NCBI RefSeq assembly: GCF_009914755.1
Contig: NC_060933.1
From: the human T2T-CHM13v2.0 reference genome, Homo sapiens
Direction: 5' to 3' (one strand)
DNA length: 64,000 nucleotides
The notes beneath the pieces were generated by a model, which searched no databases, was not told where the DNA came from, and was given only the letters and a program-made list of their open reading frames with translations. The position numbers and the translations under genes were made by a program. This document shows positions 13,601 through 28,100 of this stretch, one piece after another. Position 1 is the stretch's first letter; each line of letters opens with the position of its first letter.

Positions 13601-16419
13601 CACTCGGGTTGATTCCATTCCATTCCACTCCATTCCGCTCCATTCCATTCCATTCCAATGTATTCGGGTTAATTCCATTCCATTCCATTCCATTCCATTC
13701 CATTCCATTACAATCGAGTTGATTCCATTCCATTCCATTCCATTCCAGTCCTTTCCATTCCATTCCACTCTTGTTGATTCCATTCTATTAGTTTCCATTC
13801 CATTCCATTCCCTTCCATTCCACTCTGGTTGATACCATTCCTTTCCATTCCACTCGAATACATTCCATCCTATTCCACTCGGAACGATTCCATTCCATTC
13901 CATTCCATTCCATTCCATTCCATTCCATTTCGTTCCATTCCATTCTATTCCGTATCATTCCATTCCATTCCATTCGATTCCATTCCATTCCATTCCATTC
14001 CATTCCATTCCATTGTACTCGGGTTGATTCAATTCCATTGCATTCCATTCCATTCCATTCCATTCCATTCCATTCCATTCCGTTGCATTCCATTCCATTA
14101 CATTCGGATTGATTCTATAGAACTCCCTTACTCTCCGTTACATTCCATTGCACTCGGGTTGATTCAATTCCATTCCATTCCATTCCATTCCATTCCATTC
14201 CATTCCGGATGATTCCATTCCATTGCATTCCGTTCCATTACATTCCCTTGCACTCGCGTTGATTCCATTCCATTCCATTCCATTCCATTCAATTCCATTC
14301 CATTACAATTCGTTCCATTCCATTCTATTCCGTACCATTCCATTCCATTCCATACCATTCCATTCCATTCCATTCCATTCCATTCCGTTCCATTCCGTTC
14401 CATTCCATTCCATTCCATTCTATTCGGATTAATTCCATTCCATTCCATTCCATTCCATTCTATTCCATTCCATTGCAATCGAGTTGAATCCATTGCATTT
14501 CATTCCATTCCATTTCATTCCATTCCATTCCGGAAGATTCCATTCCATTACATTCCATTCCATTCCATTCCCCTACAGTCGCGTTGATTCCATTCCATTC
14601 CATTCCATTCCATTCCATTCCATTCCGTTCCTTTCCATTCCATTCCATTCCATTCCATTTCATTCCGTTCCGTTCCATTCCATTCCATTCCATTCCATTC
14701 TATTCGGGTTAATTCCATTCCATTCCATTCGATTGTAATCGAGTTGATTCCATTCCATTCCATTCCATTCCATTCCATTCCATTCCATTCCATTCCATTC
14801 CATTCCTTTCCATTCCATTACGGATGATTCCATTCCATTGCATTCCATTCCATTCCATTCCCCTGTACTCGGGTTGATTCCATTCCATTCCATTCCAATC
14901 CATGCCATTCCACTCGTGTTGATTCCATTCTTTCCATTCCATTCAAGTTGAATCCATTCCATTGCATTCCATTCCATTCGATTCCATTCTATTGCACTCG
15001 GGTTGATTCAATTCCATTGCATTCCATTCCATTCCATTCCGTTGCATTCCATTCCATTACATTCGGATTGATTCTATTCAACTCCCTTACTCTCCATTAC
15101 ATTCCATTCCATTCGGGTTGTTCCATTCCATTCCATTCCATTCCACTCCATTCCATTGCACTCGGGTTGATTCCATTCCATTCCATTCCATTCCATTCCA
15201 TTCCGGATGATTCCATTCCATTACATGCCGTTCCATTACATTCCCCTGCACTCGCGTTGATTCCATTCCATTCCATTCCATTCCATTCAATTCTATTCCA
15301 TTACAATTCGTTCCATTCCATTCTATTCCGTACCATTCCATTCCATTCCATACCATTCCATTCCATTCCATTCCATTCCATTCCATTCCATTCCGTTCCA
15401 TTCCAATCCATTCCATTCTATTCGGGTTAATTCCGTTCCATTCCATTCCATTCCATTCCATTCCATTCCATTCCATTCCATTCCATTCCATTCCATTCCA
15501 TTCCATTGCAATCGAGTTGAATCCATTGCATTTCATTCCATTCCATTCCATTCCATTCCATTCCATTCCATTCCGGAAGATTCCATTCCATTGCATTCCA
15601 TTCCATTCCATTCCCCTGCACTCGCGTTGATTCCATTCCATTCCATTCCATTCCATTCCATTAATTCCATTCCGTTCTGTTCCATTCCATTCCATTCCAT
15701 TCCATTCCATTCCTTTCCGTTCCATTCCATTCCACTCCATTCTATTCGGGTTAATTCCATTCCATTCCATTCGATTGCAATCGAGTTGATTCCATTCCAT
15801 TCCATTCCATTCCATTCCATTCCTTTCCATTCCATTACGGATGATTCCATTCCATTGCATTCCATTCCATTCCATTCCCCTGTACTCGGGTTGATTCCAT
15901 TCCATTCCATTCCAATCCACGCCATTCCACTCGTGTTGATTCCATTCTTTCCATTCCATTCAAGTTGAATCCATTCCATTGCATTCTATTCCATTCGATT
16001 CCATTCGATTGCACTCGGGTTGATTCCATTCCATTGCATTCCATTCCATTCCATTCCATTCCATTCCATTCCATTCCGTTCCGTTCCATTCCATTCCATT
16101 ACATTCGGATTGATTCTATTCAATTCCCTTACACTCCATTACATTCCATTCCATTCGGGTAGTTTCCATTCCATTCCATTCCATTCCTCTCCATTCCATT
16201 GCACTCGGGTTGATTCCATTCCATTGCATTCCATTCCATTCCATTCCATTCCATTCCTTTCCATTACATTCGGATTGATTCTATTCAACTCCCTTACTCT
16301 CCATTACATTCCATTCCATTCGGGTTGTTCCATTCCATTCCATTCCATTCCACTCCATTCCATTGCACTCGGGTTGATTCCATTCCATTCCATTCCATTC
16401 CATTCCATTCCATTCCAGT

Positions 16420-18200
16420 CGAGTTGATTCCATTCCATTCCATTCCATTCCATTCCACTCCATTCCAGTCCTTTCCATTCCATTCCACTCGGGTTGATTC
16501 CAATGTATTCCTTTCAATTCCATTCCATTCCATTGCAATCGAGTTGATTCCATTGCTTTGCATTCCATTCCATTCCATTCCATTCCGGATGATTCCATTC
16601 CATTGCATTCCATTCCATTCCATTCCCCTGCACTCGGGTTGATTCCATTCCATTCCACTCCATGCCGTTCCATTCCATTCCATTCCATTGTATTCGGGTT
16701 AATTCCATTCCATTCCATTCCATTCCATTCCATTCCATTCCATTCCATTCCATTCCATTACAATCGAGTTGATTCCATTCCATTCCATTCCATTCCAGTC
16801 CTTTCCATTCCATTCCACTCGGGTTGATTCCATTATATTAGTTTCCATTCCATTCCATTCCCTTCCATTCCACTCTTGTTGATACCATTCCTTTCCATTC
16901 CACTCGAATACATTCCCTCCTATTCCACTCGGAACGATTCCATTCCATTCCATTCCATTCCATTCCATTCCATTTCGTTCCATTCCATTCTATTCCGTAT
17001 CATTCCATTCCATTCCATTCCATTCCATTCCATTCCATTCCATTGTACTCAGGTTGATTCAATTCCATTGCATTCCATTCCATTCCATTCCATTCCATTC
17101 CATTCCGTTGCATTCCATTCCATTACATTCGGATTGATTCTATTCAACTCCCTTACTCTCCATTACATTCCATTCCATTCGTGTTGTTCCATTCCATTCC
17201 ATTCCATTCCACTCCATTCCATTGCACTCGGGTTGATTCCATTCCATTCCATTCCATTCCATTCCATTCCATTCCATTCCGTTGCGTTCCGTTCCGTTCC
17301 ATTCCATTCCATTCCATTCTATTCGGGTTAATTCCATTCCATTCCATTCCATTCCATTCCAATCGAGTTGATTCCATTCCATTCCATTCCATTCCACTCC
17401 ATTCCAGTCCTTTCCATTCCATTCCACTCGGGTTGATTCCAATGTATTCCTTTCAATTCCATTCCATTCCATTGCAATCGAGATGATTCCATTGCTTTGC
17501 ATTCCATTCCATTCCATTCCATTCCGGATGATTCCATTCCATTGCATTCCATTCCATTCCATTCCCCTGCACTCGGGTTGATTCCATTCCATTCCACTCC
17601 ATGCCGTTCCATTCCATTCCATTCCATTGTATTCGGGTTAATTCCATTCCATTCCATTCCATTCCTTTCCATTCCATTCCATTCCATTCCATTACAATCG
17701 AGTTGATTCCATTCCATTCCATTCCATTCCAGTCCTTTCCATTCCATTCCACTCGGGTTGATTCCATTCTATTAGTTTCCATTCCATTCCATTCCCTTCC
17801 TTTCCACTCTTGTTGATACCATTCCTTTCCATTCCACTCGAATACATTCCCTCCTATTCCACTCGGAACGATTCCATTCCATTCCATTCCATTCCATTCC
17901 ATTCCATTTCGTTCCATTCCATTCTATTCCGTATCATTCCATTCCATTTCATTCCATTCCATTCCATTCCATTCCATTGTACTCAGGTTGATTCAATTCC
18001 ATTGCATTCCATTCCATTCCATTCCATTCCATTCCATTCCGTTGCATTGCATTCCATTACATTCGGATTGATTCTATTCAACTCCCTTACTCTCCATTAC
18101 ATTCCATTCCATTCGTGTTGTTCCATTCCATTCCATTCCATTCCACTCCATTCCATTGCACTCGGGTTGATTCCATTCCATTCCATTCCATTCCATTCCA
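16420..18200 (+). repeat. Tandem duplication, unit about 934-939 bp
   Basis: Rare variants recur at this offset: CTTTCAATTC (16511/17450), CATGCCGTTC (16661/17600), CTCTTGTTGATACC (16873/17807), GTACTCAGGTTGATTCAA (17045/17979). ORF pairs 16876/17810 and 16558/17497 agree. Confidence 0.85.
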
Positions 18201-21200
18201 TTCCATTCCATTCCGGATGATTCCATTCCATTGCATTCCGTTCCATTACATTCCCCTGCACTCGCGTTGATTCCATTCCATTCCATTCAATTCCATTCCA
18301 TTACAATTCGTTCCATTCCATTCTATTCCGTACCATTCCATTCCATTCCATACCATTCCATTCCATTCCATTCCATTCCATTCCGTTCCATTCCGTTCCA
18401 TTCCATTCCATTCCATTCTATTCGGATTAATTCCATTCCATTGCATTCCATTCCATTCTATTCCATTCCATTGCAATCGAGTTGAATCCATTGCATTTCA
18501 TTCCATTCCATTTCATTCCATTCCATTCCGGAAGATTCCATTCCATTCCATTCCATTCCATTCCATTCCCCTACAGTCGCGTTGATTCCATTCCATTCCA
18601 TTCCATTCCATTCCATTCCATTCCGTTCCGTTCCATTCCATTCCATTCCATTTCATTCCGTTCCGTTCCATTCCATTCCAATCCATTCCATTATATTCGG
18701 GTTAATTCCATTCCATTCCATTAGATTGTAATCGAGTTGATTCCATTCCATTCCATTCCATTCCATTCCATTCCATTCCATTCCTTTCCATTCCATTACG
18801 GATGATTCCATTCCATTGCATTCCATTCCATTCCATTCCCCTGTACTCGGGTTGATTCCATTCCATTCCATTCCAATCCATGCCATTGCACTCGTGTTGA
18901 TTCCATTCTTTCCATTCCATTCAAGTTGAATCCATTCCATTGCATTCCATTCCATTCGATTCCATTCTATTGCACTCGGGTTGATTCAATTCCATTGCAT
19001 TCCATTCCATTCCATTCCGTTGCATTCCATTCCATTACATTCGGATTGATTCTATTCAACTCCCTTACTCTCCAGTACACTCCATTCCATTCGGGTTGTT
19101 CCATTCCATTCCATTCCATTCCACTCCATTCCATTGCACTTGGGTTGATTCCATTCCATTCCATTCCATTCCATTCCATTCCGGATGATTCCATTCCATT
19201 ACATTCCGTTCCATTACATTCCCCTGCACTCTCGTTGATTCCATTCCATTCCATTCCATTCCATTCAATTCCATTCCATTACAATTCGTTCCATTCCATT
19301 CTATTCCGTACCATTCCATTCCGTTCCATACCATTCCATTCCATTCCATTCCATTCCGTTCCATTCCATTCCATTCCATTCTATTCGGGTTAATTCCATT
19401 CCATTCCATTCCATTCCATTCCATTCCGTTCCATTCCATTCCATTACATTCGGATTGATTCTATTCAATTCCCTTACACTCCATTACATTCCATTCCATT
19501 CGGGTAGTTTCCATTCCATTCCATTCCATTCCTCTCCATTCCATTGCACTCGGGTTGATTCCATTCCATTGCATTCCATTCCATTCCATTCCATTCCATT
19601 CCATTCCATTCCATTACATTACATTCGGATTGATTCTATTCAACTCCCTTACCCTCCATTACATTCCATTCCATTCGGGTTGTTCCATTCCATTCCATTC
19701 CATTCCACTCCAATCCACTGCACTCGGGTTGATTCCATTCCATTCCATTCCATTCCATTCCATTGTACTCGGGTTGATTCCATTCCATTGCATTCCATTC
19801 CATTCCATTCCATTCCATTCCGTTGCATTCCATTCCATTACATTCGGATTGACTCTATTCAACACCCTTACTCTCCATTACATTCCATTTCATTCGGGTT
19901 GTTCCATTCCATTCCATTCCATTCCACTCCATTCCATTGCACTCGGGTTGATTCTATTCCATTCCATTCCATTCCATTCCATTCCATTCCATTCCATTCC
20001 ATTCCTTTCCATTACATTACGGATGATTCCATTCCATTGCATTCCATTCCAATCCATTCACCTGTACTCGGGTTGATTCCATTCGATTCGATTCCATTCC
20101 ATGCCATTCCACTCGTGTTGATTCCATTCTTTCCATTCCATTCAATTTGAATAAATTCCATTGCATTCCATTCCATTCGATTCCATTCGATGGCACTCGG
20201 GTTGATTCCATTCCATTCCATTCCATTCCAGATGATTCCATTCCATTGAATTCCATTCCATTCCATTCCCCTGCACTCGTGTTGATTCCATTCCCTTCCA
20301 TTCCATTCCATTCCGTTCCATTCCATTCCATTCCATTCTATTCAGGTTAATTCCATTCCATTCCATTCCATTCCATTGTAATCGAGTTGATTCCATTCCA
20401 TTCCTTTCCATTCCATTCCATTGCCTTGCATTCCACTCGGGTTGATACCATTCCCTTCTTTCCACTCTATTACATTCCCTTCCATTCCACTCGGAATGAT
20501 TGATTCCATTCCATTCCATTCCATTTCGTTCCATTGCAATCCTTTCCAATCCATTCCATTCCATTCCATTCCACTCGAGTTGACTTCATTCCATTCCTTT
20601 CCATTCCATTCCATTCCTTTCCACTCGAGTTGATTCCATTCCATTCCATTCCATTGCATTCCATTCCATGCCATTCCACTCGGGTTGATTCCATTCCTTT
20701 GCATTCCATTCCATTTCATTCCATTCCATTCCGTTGCATTCCATTCCATTACATTCGGATTGATTCTATTCAACTCCCTTACTGTCCATTACATTCCATT
20801 CCATTCGGGTTGTTCCATTACATTCCATTCCATTCCACTCCATTCCATTGCACTCGGGTTGATTCCATTCCATTGCATTCCATTCCATTCCATTCCATTC
20901 CATTCCGGATGATTCCATTCCATTGCATTCCGTTCCATTACATTCCCCTGCACTCGCGTTGATTCCGTTCCATTCCATTCCATTCAATTCCATTCCATTA
21001 CAATTCGTTCCATTCCATTCTATTCCGTACCATTCCATTCCATTCCATACCATTCCATTCCATTCCATTCCATTCCATTCCATTCCATTCCGTTCCATTC
21101 CGTTCCATTCCATTCCATTCTATTCGGGTTAATTCCATTCCATTCCATTCTATTCCATTCCATTGCAATCAAGTTGAATCCACTGCATTTCATTCCATTC

Positions 21201-23129
21201 CATTCCATTCCATTCCATTCCGGAAGATTCCATTCCATTGCATTCCATTCCATTCCATTCCCCTGCACTCGCGTTGATTCCATTCCATTCCATTCCATTC
21301 CATTCCATTCCGTTCCGTTCCGTTCCGTTCCATTCCATTCCATTCTATTCGGGTTAATTCCATTCCATTCCATTCGATTGCAATCGTGTTGATTCCATTC
21401 CACTCCATTCCATTCCATTCCATTCCATTCCGTTCCGTTCCGTTCCGTTCCATTCCTTTCCATTCCATTCTATTCGGGTTAATTCCATTCCATTCCATTC
21501 GATTGCAATCGTGTTGATTCCATTCCATTCCATTCCATTCCATTCCATTCCATTCCATTGCATTCCATTCCGTTCCTTTCCATTCCATTACGGATGATTC
21601 CATTCCATTGCATTCCATTCCATTCCATTCCCCTGTACTCGGGTTGATTCCATTCCATTGCATTCCAATCCATGCCCTTCCACTCGTGTTGATTCCATTC
21701 TTTCCATTCCATTCAAGTTGAATCCATTCCATTGCATTCCATTCCTTTCGATTCCATTCGATTGCACTCGGGTTGATTCCATTCCACTGCATTCCATTCC
21801 ATTCCATTCCATTCCATTCCATTCCATTCCATTCCGTTCCGTTCCATTCCATTCCATTACATTCGGATTGATTCTATTCAATTCCCTTACATTCCATTAC
21901 ATTCCATTCCATTCGGGTAGTTTCCATTCCATTCCATTCCATTACTCTCCATTCCATTGCACTCGGGTTGATTCCATTCCATTGCATTCCATTCCATTCC
22001 ATTCAATTCCATTCCGTTCCATTCCATTCGATTACATTCGGATTGATTCTATTCAACTGCCTTACTCTCCATTACATTCCATTCCATTCGGGCTGTTCCA
22101 TTCCATTCCATTCCGTTCCACTCCATTCCATTGCACTCGGGTTTATTCCATTCCATTCCATTCCATTCCATTCCATTCCATTCCATTCCGGAAGATTCCA
22201 TTCCATTGCATTCCATTCCATTCCATTCTCCTGCACTCGCGTTGATTCCATTCCATTCCATTCCATTCCATTCCATTCCATTCCATTCCATTCCTTTCCG
22301 TTCCATTCCATTCCATTCCATTCCATTCCATTCCATTCCATTACGTTCCGTTCCGTTCCATTCCATTCCATTCCATTCTATTCGGGTTAATTCCATTCCA
22401 TTCCATTCCATTCCAATCGAGTTGATTCCATTCCATTCCATTCCATTCCATTCCACTCCATTCCAGTCCTTTCCATTCCATTCCACTCGGGTTGATTCCA
22501 ATGTATTCCTTTCCATTCCATTCCATTCCATTGCAATCGAGTTGATTCCATTGCTTTGCATTCCATTCCATTCCATTCCATTCCGGATGATTCCATTCCA
22601 TTGCATTCCATTCCATTCCATTTCCCTGCACTCAGGTTGATTCCATTCCATTCCACTCCATTCCGTTCCATTCCATTCCATTCCATTGTATTCGGGTTAA
22701 TTCCATTCCTTTCCATTCCATTCCATTCCATTCCATTCCATTCCATTACAATTGAGTTGATTCCATTCCATTCCATTCCATTCCAGGCCTTTCCATTCCA
22801 TTCCACTCGGGTTGATTCCATTCTATTAGTTTCCATTCCATTCCATTCCCTTCCTTTCCACTCTGGTTGATTCCATTCCTTTCCATTCCACTCGAATACA
22901 TTCCCTCCTGTTCCACTCGGAGCGATTCCATTCCTTTCCATTCCATTCCATTCCATTCCATTCCATTCCATTTCGTTCCATTCCATTCTATTCCGTATCA
23001 TTCCATTCCATTCCATTCCATTCCATTCCATTCCATTCCACTCGTGTTGATTCTATTCCTTTCCATTCCATTCGGTTTGAAGGCATTCCATTCCATTCCA
23101 TTCCATTCCATTCCATTCCATTCCATTGT

Positions 23130-25120
23130 ACTCGGGTTGTTTCCATTCCATTCCATTCCATTCCACTCCATTCCATTGCAATCGGGTTGATTCCATTCCA
23201 TTCCATTGCATTCCATTCCATTCCATTCCATTCCGTATGATTCCATTCCATTGCATTCCATTCCATTCCATTCCCCTGCACTCGGGTGGATTGCATTCTA
23301 TTCCATTCCATTCCATTCCATTCCATTCCATTCCATTCCATTCCATTCTATTCGGGTTAATTTCATTCCATTCCATTCCATTCCCTTCCATTGCATTGCA
23401 TTCCATTCCACTCCATTCCATTGAAATCGAGTTGATTCCATTCCATTCCATTCCATTCCATTCCATTCCATTCCATTCCATTCCATTCCATTCCATTCTA
23501 TTCGGGTTAATTCCATTCCATTCCATTCCATTCCATTCCCTTCCATTCCATTCTTTTCCATTCCATTCCATTCCATTCCATTCTATTAGGGTTAATTCCA
23601 TTCCATTCCATTCCATTCCATTCCATTCCATTCCATTGCAATCGAGTTGATTCCATTCCATTCCTTTCCATTCCATTCCATTCAATTCCATTGAACTCGG
23701 GTTGATTCCATTCCATTCCATGCCATTCCATTTCATTCCATTCCATTCCATTCCATTCCATTCCATTCCATTCCTTTCCGTTCCATTCCATTACATTCGG
23801 ATTGATTCTATTCAATTCACTTACACTCCAATACATTCTATTCCATTCGTGTTGTTTCCATTCTATTCCATTCCATTCCACTCCATTCCATTGCACTCTG
23901 GTTGATTCCATTCCATTCCCTTCCATTCCGTATGACTCCATTCCATTTCATTCCATTCCATTGCATTCCCCTGCAGTGGAGTTGATTACATTCCATTCCA
24001 TTCCCTTCCTTTCCGTTCCATTCCATTCTATTCGGGTTAAATCCATTCCATTCCATTACATTCCATTCCCTTCCATTCTATTCCATTCCATTCCATTCCA
24101 TTCCTTTCCATTCGATTCTATTCGGGTTAATTCCATTCCATTCCATTCCATTCCATTCCATTCCATTCCATTGCAATCGAGTTGATTCCATTCCATTCCA
24201 TTCCATTCCATTCCGGATGATTCCATTCCATTGCCTTTCATTCCATTCCATTACCATGCACTCGGGTTGTTTCCATTCCATTCCATTCCATTCCATTCCA
24301 TTCCATTCCATTCCATTCGATTCTAATCCGTACCATTCAATTCCATTCCATTCCATGCCATTCCATCCCATTCCAGTCCATGCCATTCCACTCGGGTTGA
24401 TTTCATTCCTTTCCATTCCATTCTAGTTGTATCCTTTCCATTCTATTCCATTCCATTCGATTCCATTCCATTGCACACGGGTTCATTCCATTCCATTCCA
24501 TTCCATTCCATTCCATTCCATTCCATTCCATTCCATTTCATTCCATTCCATTCTATTCCGTACCATTCCATTCCATTCCATTCCATTCCAGTCCATTCCA
24601 TGCCATTCCACTCGTGTTGATTCCATTCCTTTCCATTCCATTTGGGTTGAATCCATTCCATTCCATTCCATTCCATTCGATTCCATTACATTACACTCGG
24701 GTTGATTCCATTCCATTCCATTCCATTCCATTTCATTCCATTCCATTCCATTCCATTCCATTCCATTCCATTCCATTCCATACCATTCCATTCCATTCCA
24801 TTCCATGCCATTCCACTCGGGTTGATTCCATTCCTTTCCATTCCTTTCGAGTTGAACCCATTCCATTCCATTCCATTCCATTCCATTCCATTGCACACGG
24901 GTTCATTCCATTCCATTCCATTCCATTCCATTTCGTTCTTTTCCATTCTATTCCGTACCATTCCATTCCATTCCATTCCATGCCATTCCACTCGGGTTTA
25001 TTCCATTCCTTTCCATTCCATTCGGGTTCAATCCGTTCCATTCCCTTCCATTCCATTCGATTCCATTCCATTGCACTCGGGTTGATTCCATTCCATTCCA
25101 TGCCATTCCATTTCATTCAA
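23130..25120 (+). repeat. Domain-II-type 2-kb block embedded in domain I (homologous to about 47775-49810)
   Basis: Colinear rare words at an offset of about 24.64-24.70 kb: CCGTATGACTCC, GAGTTGATTACATT, TTACCATGCACTCG, GTTGTATCCTTTCC, ATTACATTACACTCG, CCTTTCGAGTTGAACCC. Confidence 0.85.
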
Positions 25121-28100
25121 TTCCATTCGATTCCATTCCATTCCATTCCGTTCCGTTCCATTCCATTCCATTCCATTCCATTCCGTTCCGTTCCGTTCCA
25201 TTCCATTCCATTCCATTCTATTCTGGTTAATTCCATTCCATTCCATTCGATTGCAATCGAGTTGATTCCATTCCATTCCATTCCATTCCATTCCATTCCA
25301 TTCCATTCCATTCCTTTCCATTACATTATGGATGATTCCATTCCATTGCATTCCATTCCATTCCATTCCCCTGTACTCGGGTTGATTCCATTCCATTCCA
25401 TTCCATTCCATGCCATTCCACTCGTGTTGATTCCATTCTTTCCATTCCATTCAAGGTGAATCCATTCCATTGCATTCCATTCCATTCGATTCCATTCGAT
25501 TGCACTCGGGTTGATTCCATTCCATTCCATTCCATTCCATTTCATTCCATTCCTTTCCATTACATTCGGATTGATTCTATTCAATTCCCTTACACTCCAT
25601 TACATTCCATTCCATTCGGGATGTTTCCATTCCATTCCATTCCATTCCACTCCATTCCATTGCGTCGGGTTGATTCCATTCCATTCCATTCCATTCCATT
25701 CCATTCCATTCCATTCCATTCCATTCCGGATGATTCCATTCCATTGCATTCCATTCCATTCCATTCCCCTGCACTCGGGTTGATTACATTCCATTCCCTT
25801 CCCTTCCATTCCTTTCCATTCCATTCCATTCCATTCTATTCGGGTGAATTCGATTCCATTCCATTCCATTCCATTCCATTCCATTCCATTCCATTCCATT
25901 CCCCTGCAGTCGGGTTGATTCCATTCAATTCCATTCCATTAAATTCCATTCTATTCCATTCCGTTCCATTCCATTCCATTCCATTCCATTCCATTACAAT
26001 CGAGTTGATTCCATTCCATTCCATTCCATTCCATTCCATTCCATTCCATTCCACTCCATTCCTTTCCATTCTATTCCACTCGGGTTGATTCCATTCTATT
26101 AGTTTCCATTCCATTCCATTCCCTTCCAATCCACTCTGGTTGATTCCATTGCTTTCCATTCCACCCGAATACATTCCCTCCTATTCAACTCGGAATGATT
26201 CCATTCCATTCCATTCCATTCCATTCCATTTCGTTCCATTCCATTCTATTCCGTACCATTCCATTCCATTCCATTCCATTCCATTCCACTCGTGTTGATT
26301 CCATTTCTTTCCGTTCCATTCGGTTTGAAGCCATTCCATTCCATTCCATTCCATTCCATTCCATTCCATTCCATTCCATTTCATTCCATTGTACTCGGGT
26401 TGATTCCATTCCATTGCATTCCATTCCATTCCATTCAATCCCATTCCGTTCCATTCCATTGCATTACATTCGGATTGATTCTACTCAACTCCCTTACTAT
26501 CAATTACATTCCTTTCCATTCGGATTGATTGTATTCAACTCCCTTACACTCCATTACATTCCATTCCATTCGGGTTGTTCCATTCCATTCCATTCCATTC
26601 CACTCCATTCCATTGCACTCGGGTTGATTCCTTTCCATTCCATTCCATTCCATTCCATTCCATTCCGGATGATTCCATTCCATTGCATTCTGTTCTATTA
26701 CATTCCCCTGCACTCGCGTTGATTCCATTCCATTCCATTCCATTCCATTCGATTCCATTCCATTACAATTCGTTCCATTCCATTCTATTCCGTAACATTC
26801 CATTCCATTCCATACCATTCCATTCCATTACATTCCATTCCATTCCACTCCATTCCATTCCGTTCCATTCCGTTCCATTCCGTTCCATTCCATTCCATTC
26901 CGTTCCATTCCATTCCATTCCATTCTATTAGGGTTAATTCCATTCCATTCCATTCCATTCCATTCCATTCTATTCCATTCCATTGCAATCGAGTTGAATC
27001 CATTGCATTCCATTCCATTCCATTCCATTCCGGAAGATTCCATTCCATTGCATTCCATTCCATTCCATTCCCCTGCACTCACGTTGATTCCATTCCATTC
27101 CATTCCATTCCATTCTGTTCCGTTCCATTCCATTCCATTCCATTCCATTCCATTCCATTCCGTTACGTTCCATTCCATTCCATTCCATTCTATTCGGGTT
27201 AATTCCATTCCATTCCATTCGATTGCAATCGAGTTCATTCCATTCCATTCCATTCCATTCCATTCCTTTCCATTCCATTACGGATGATTCCATTCCATTG
27301 CATTCCATTCCATTCCATTCTCCTGTACTCGGGTTGATTCCATTCCATTCCATTCCAATCCATGCCATTCCACTCGTGTTGATTCCTTTCTTTCCATTCC
27401 ATTCAAGTTGAATCCATTCCATTGCATTCCATTCCATTCGATTCCATTCGACTGCACTCGGGTTGATTCCATTCCATTCCATTCCATTCCATTCCATTCC
27501 ATTCCATTCGGTTCCATTACATTCCATTACATTCGGATTGATTCTATTCAATTCCTTACACTCCATTACATTCCATTCCATTCGGGTAGTTTCCATTCCA
27601 TTCCATTCCGTTCCTCTCCATTCCATTGCACTCGGGTTGATTCCATTCCATTCCATTCCATTCCATTCCATTCCATTCCATTCCATTCCGGATGATTCCA
27701 TTCCATTGAATTCCATTCCATTCCATTCCCCTGCACTTGGGTTGATTCCATTCCATTCCATTCCATTCCTTTCCGTTCCATTCCATTCCATTCCATTCCA
27801 TTCTATTCGTGTTAATTCCATTCCATTCTATTCCATTCCATTCCATTGAAATCGAGTTGATTCCATTCCATTCCATTCCATTCCATTCCGGATGATTCCA
27901 TTCCATTGCATTCCATTCCATTCCATTCCCCTGTACTCGGGTTGATTCGATTCCATTCCATTCCATTCCATTCCATTACATTCCGTTCCATTCCATTCCA
28001 TTACATTCGGATTGATTCTATTCAATTTCCTTACACTCCATTACATTCCATTCCATTCGGGATGTTTCCATTCCATTCCATTCCATTCCACTCCATTCCA

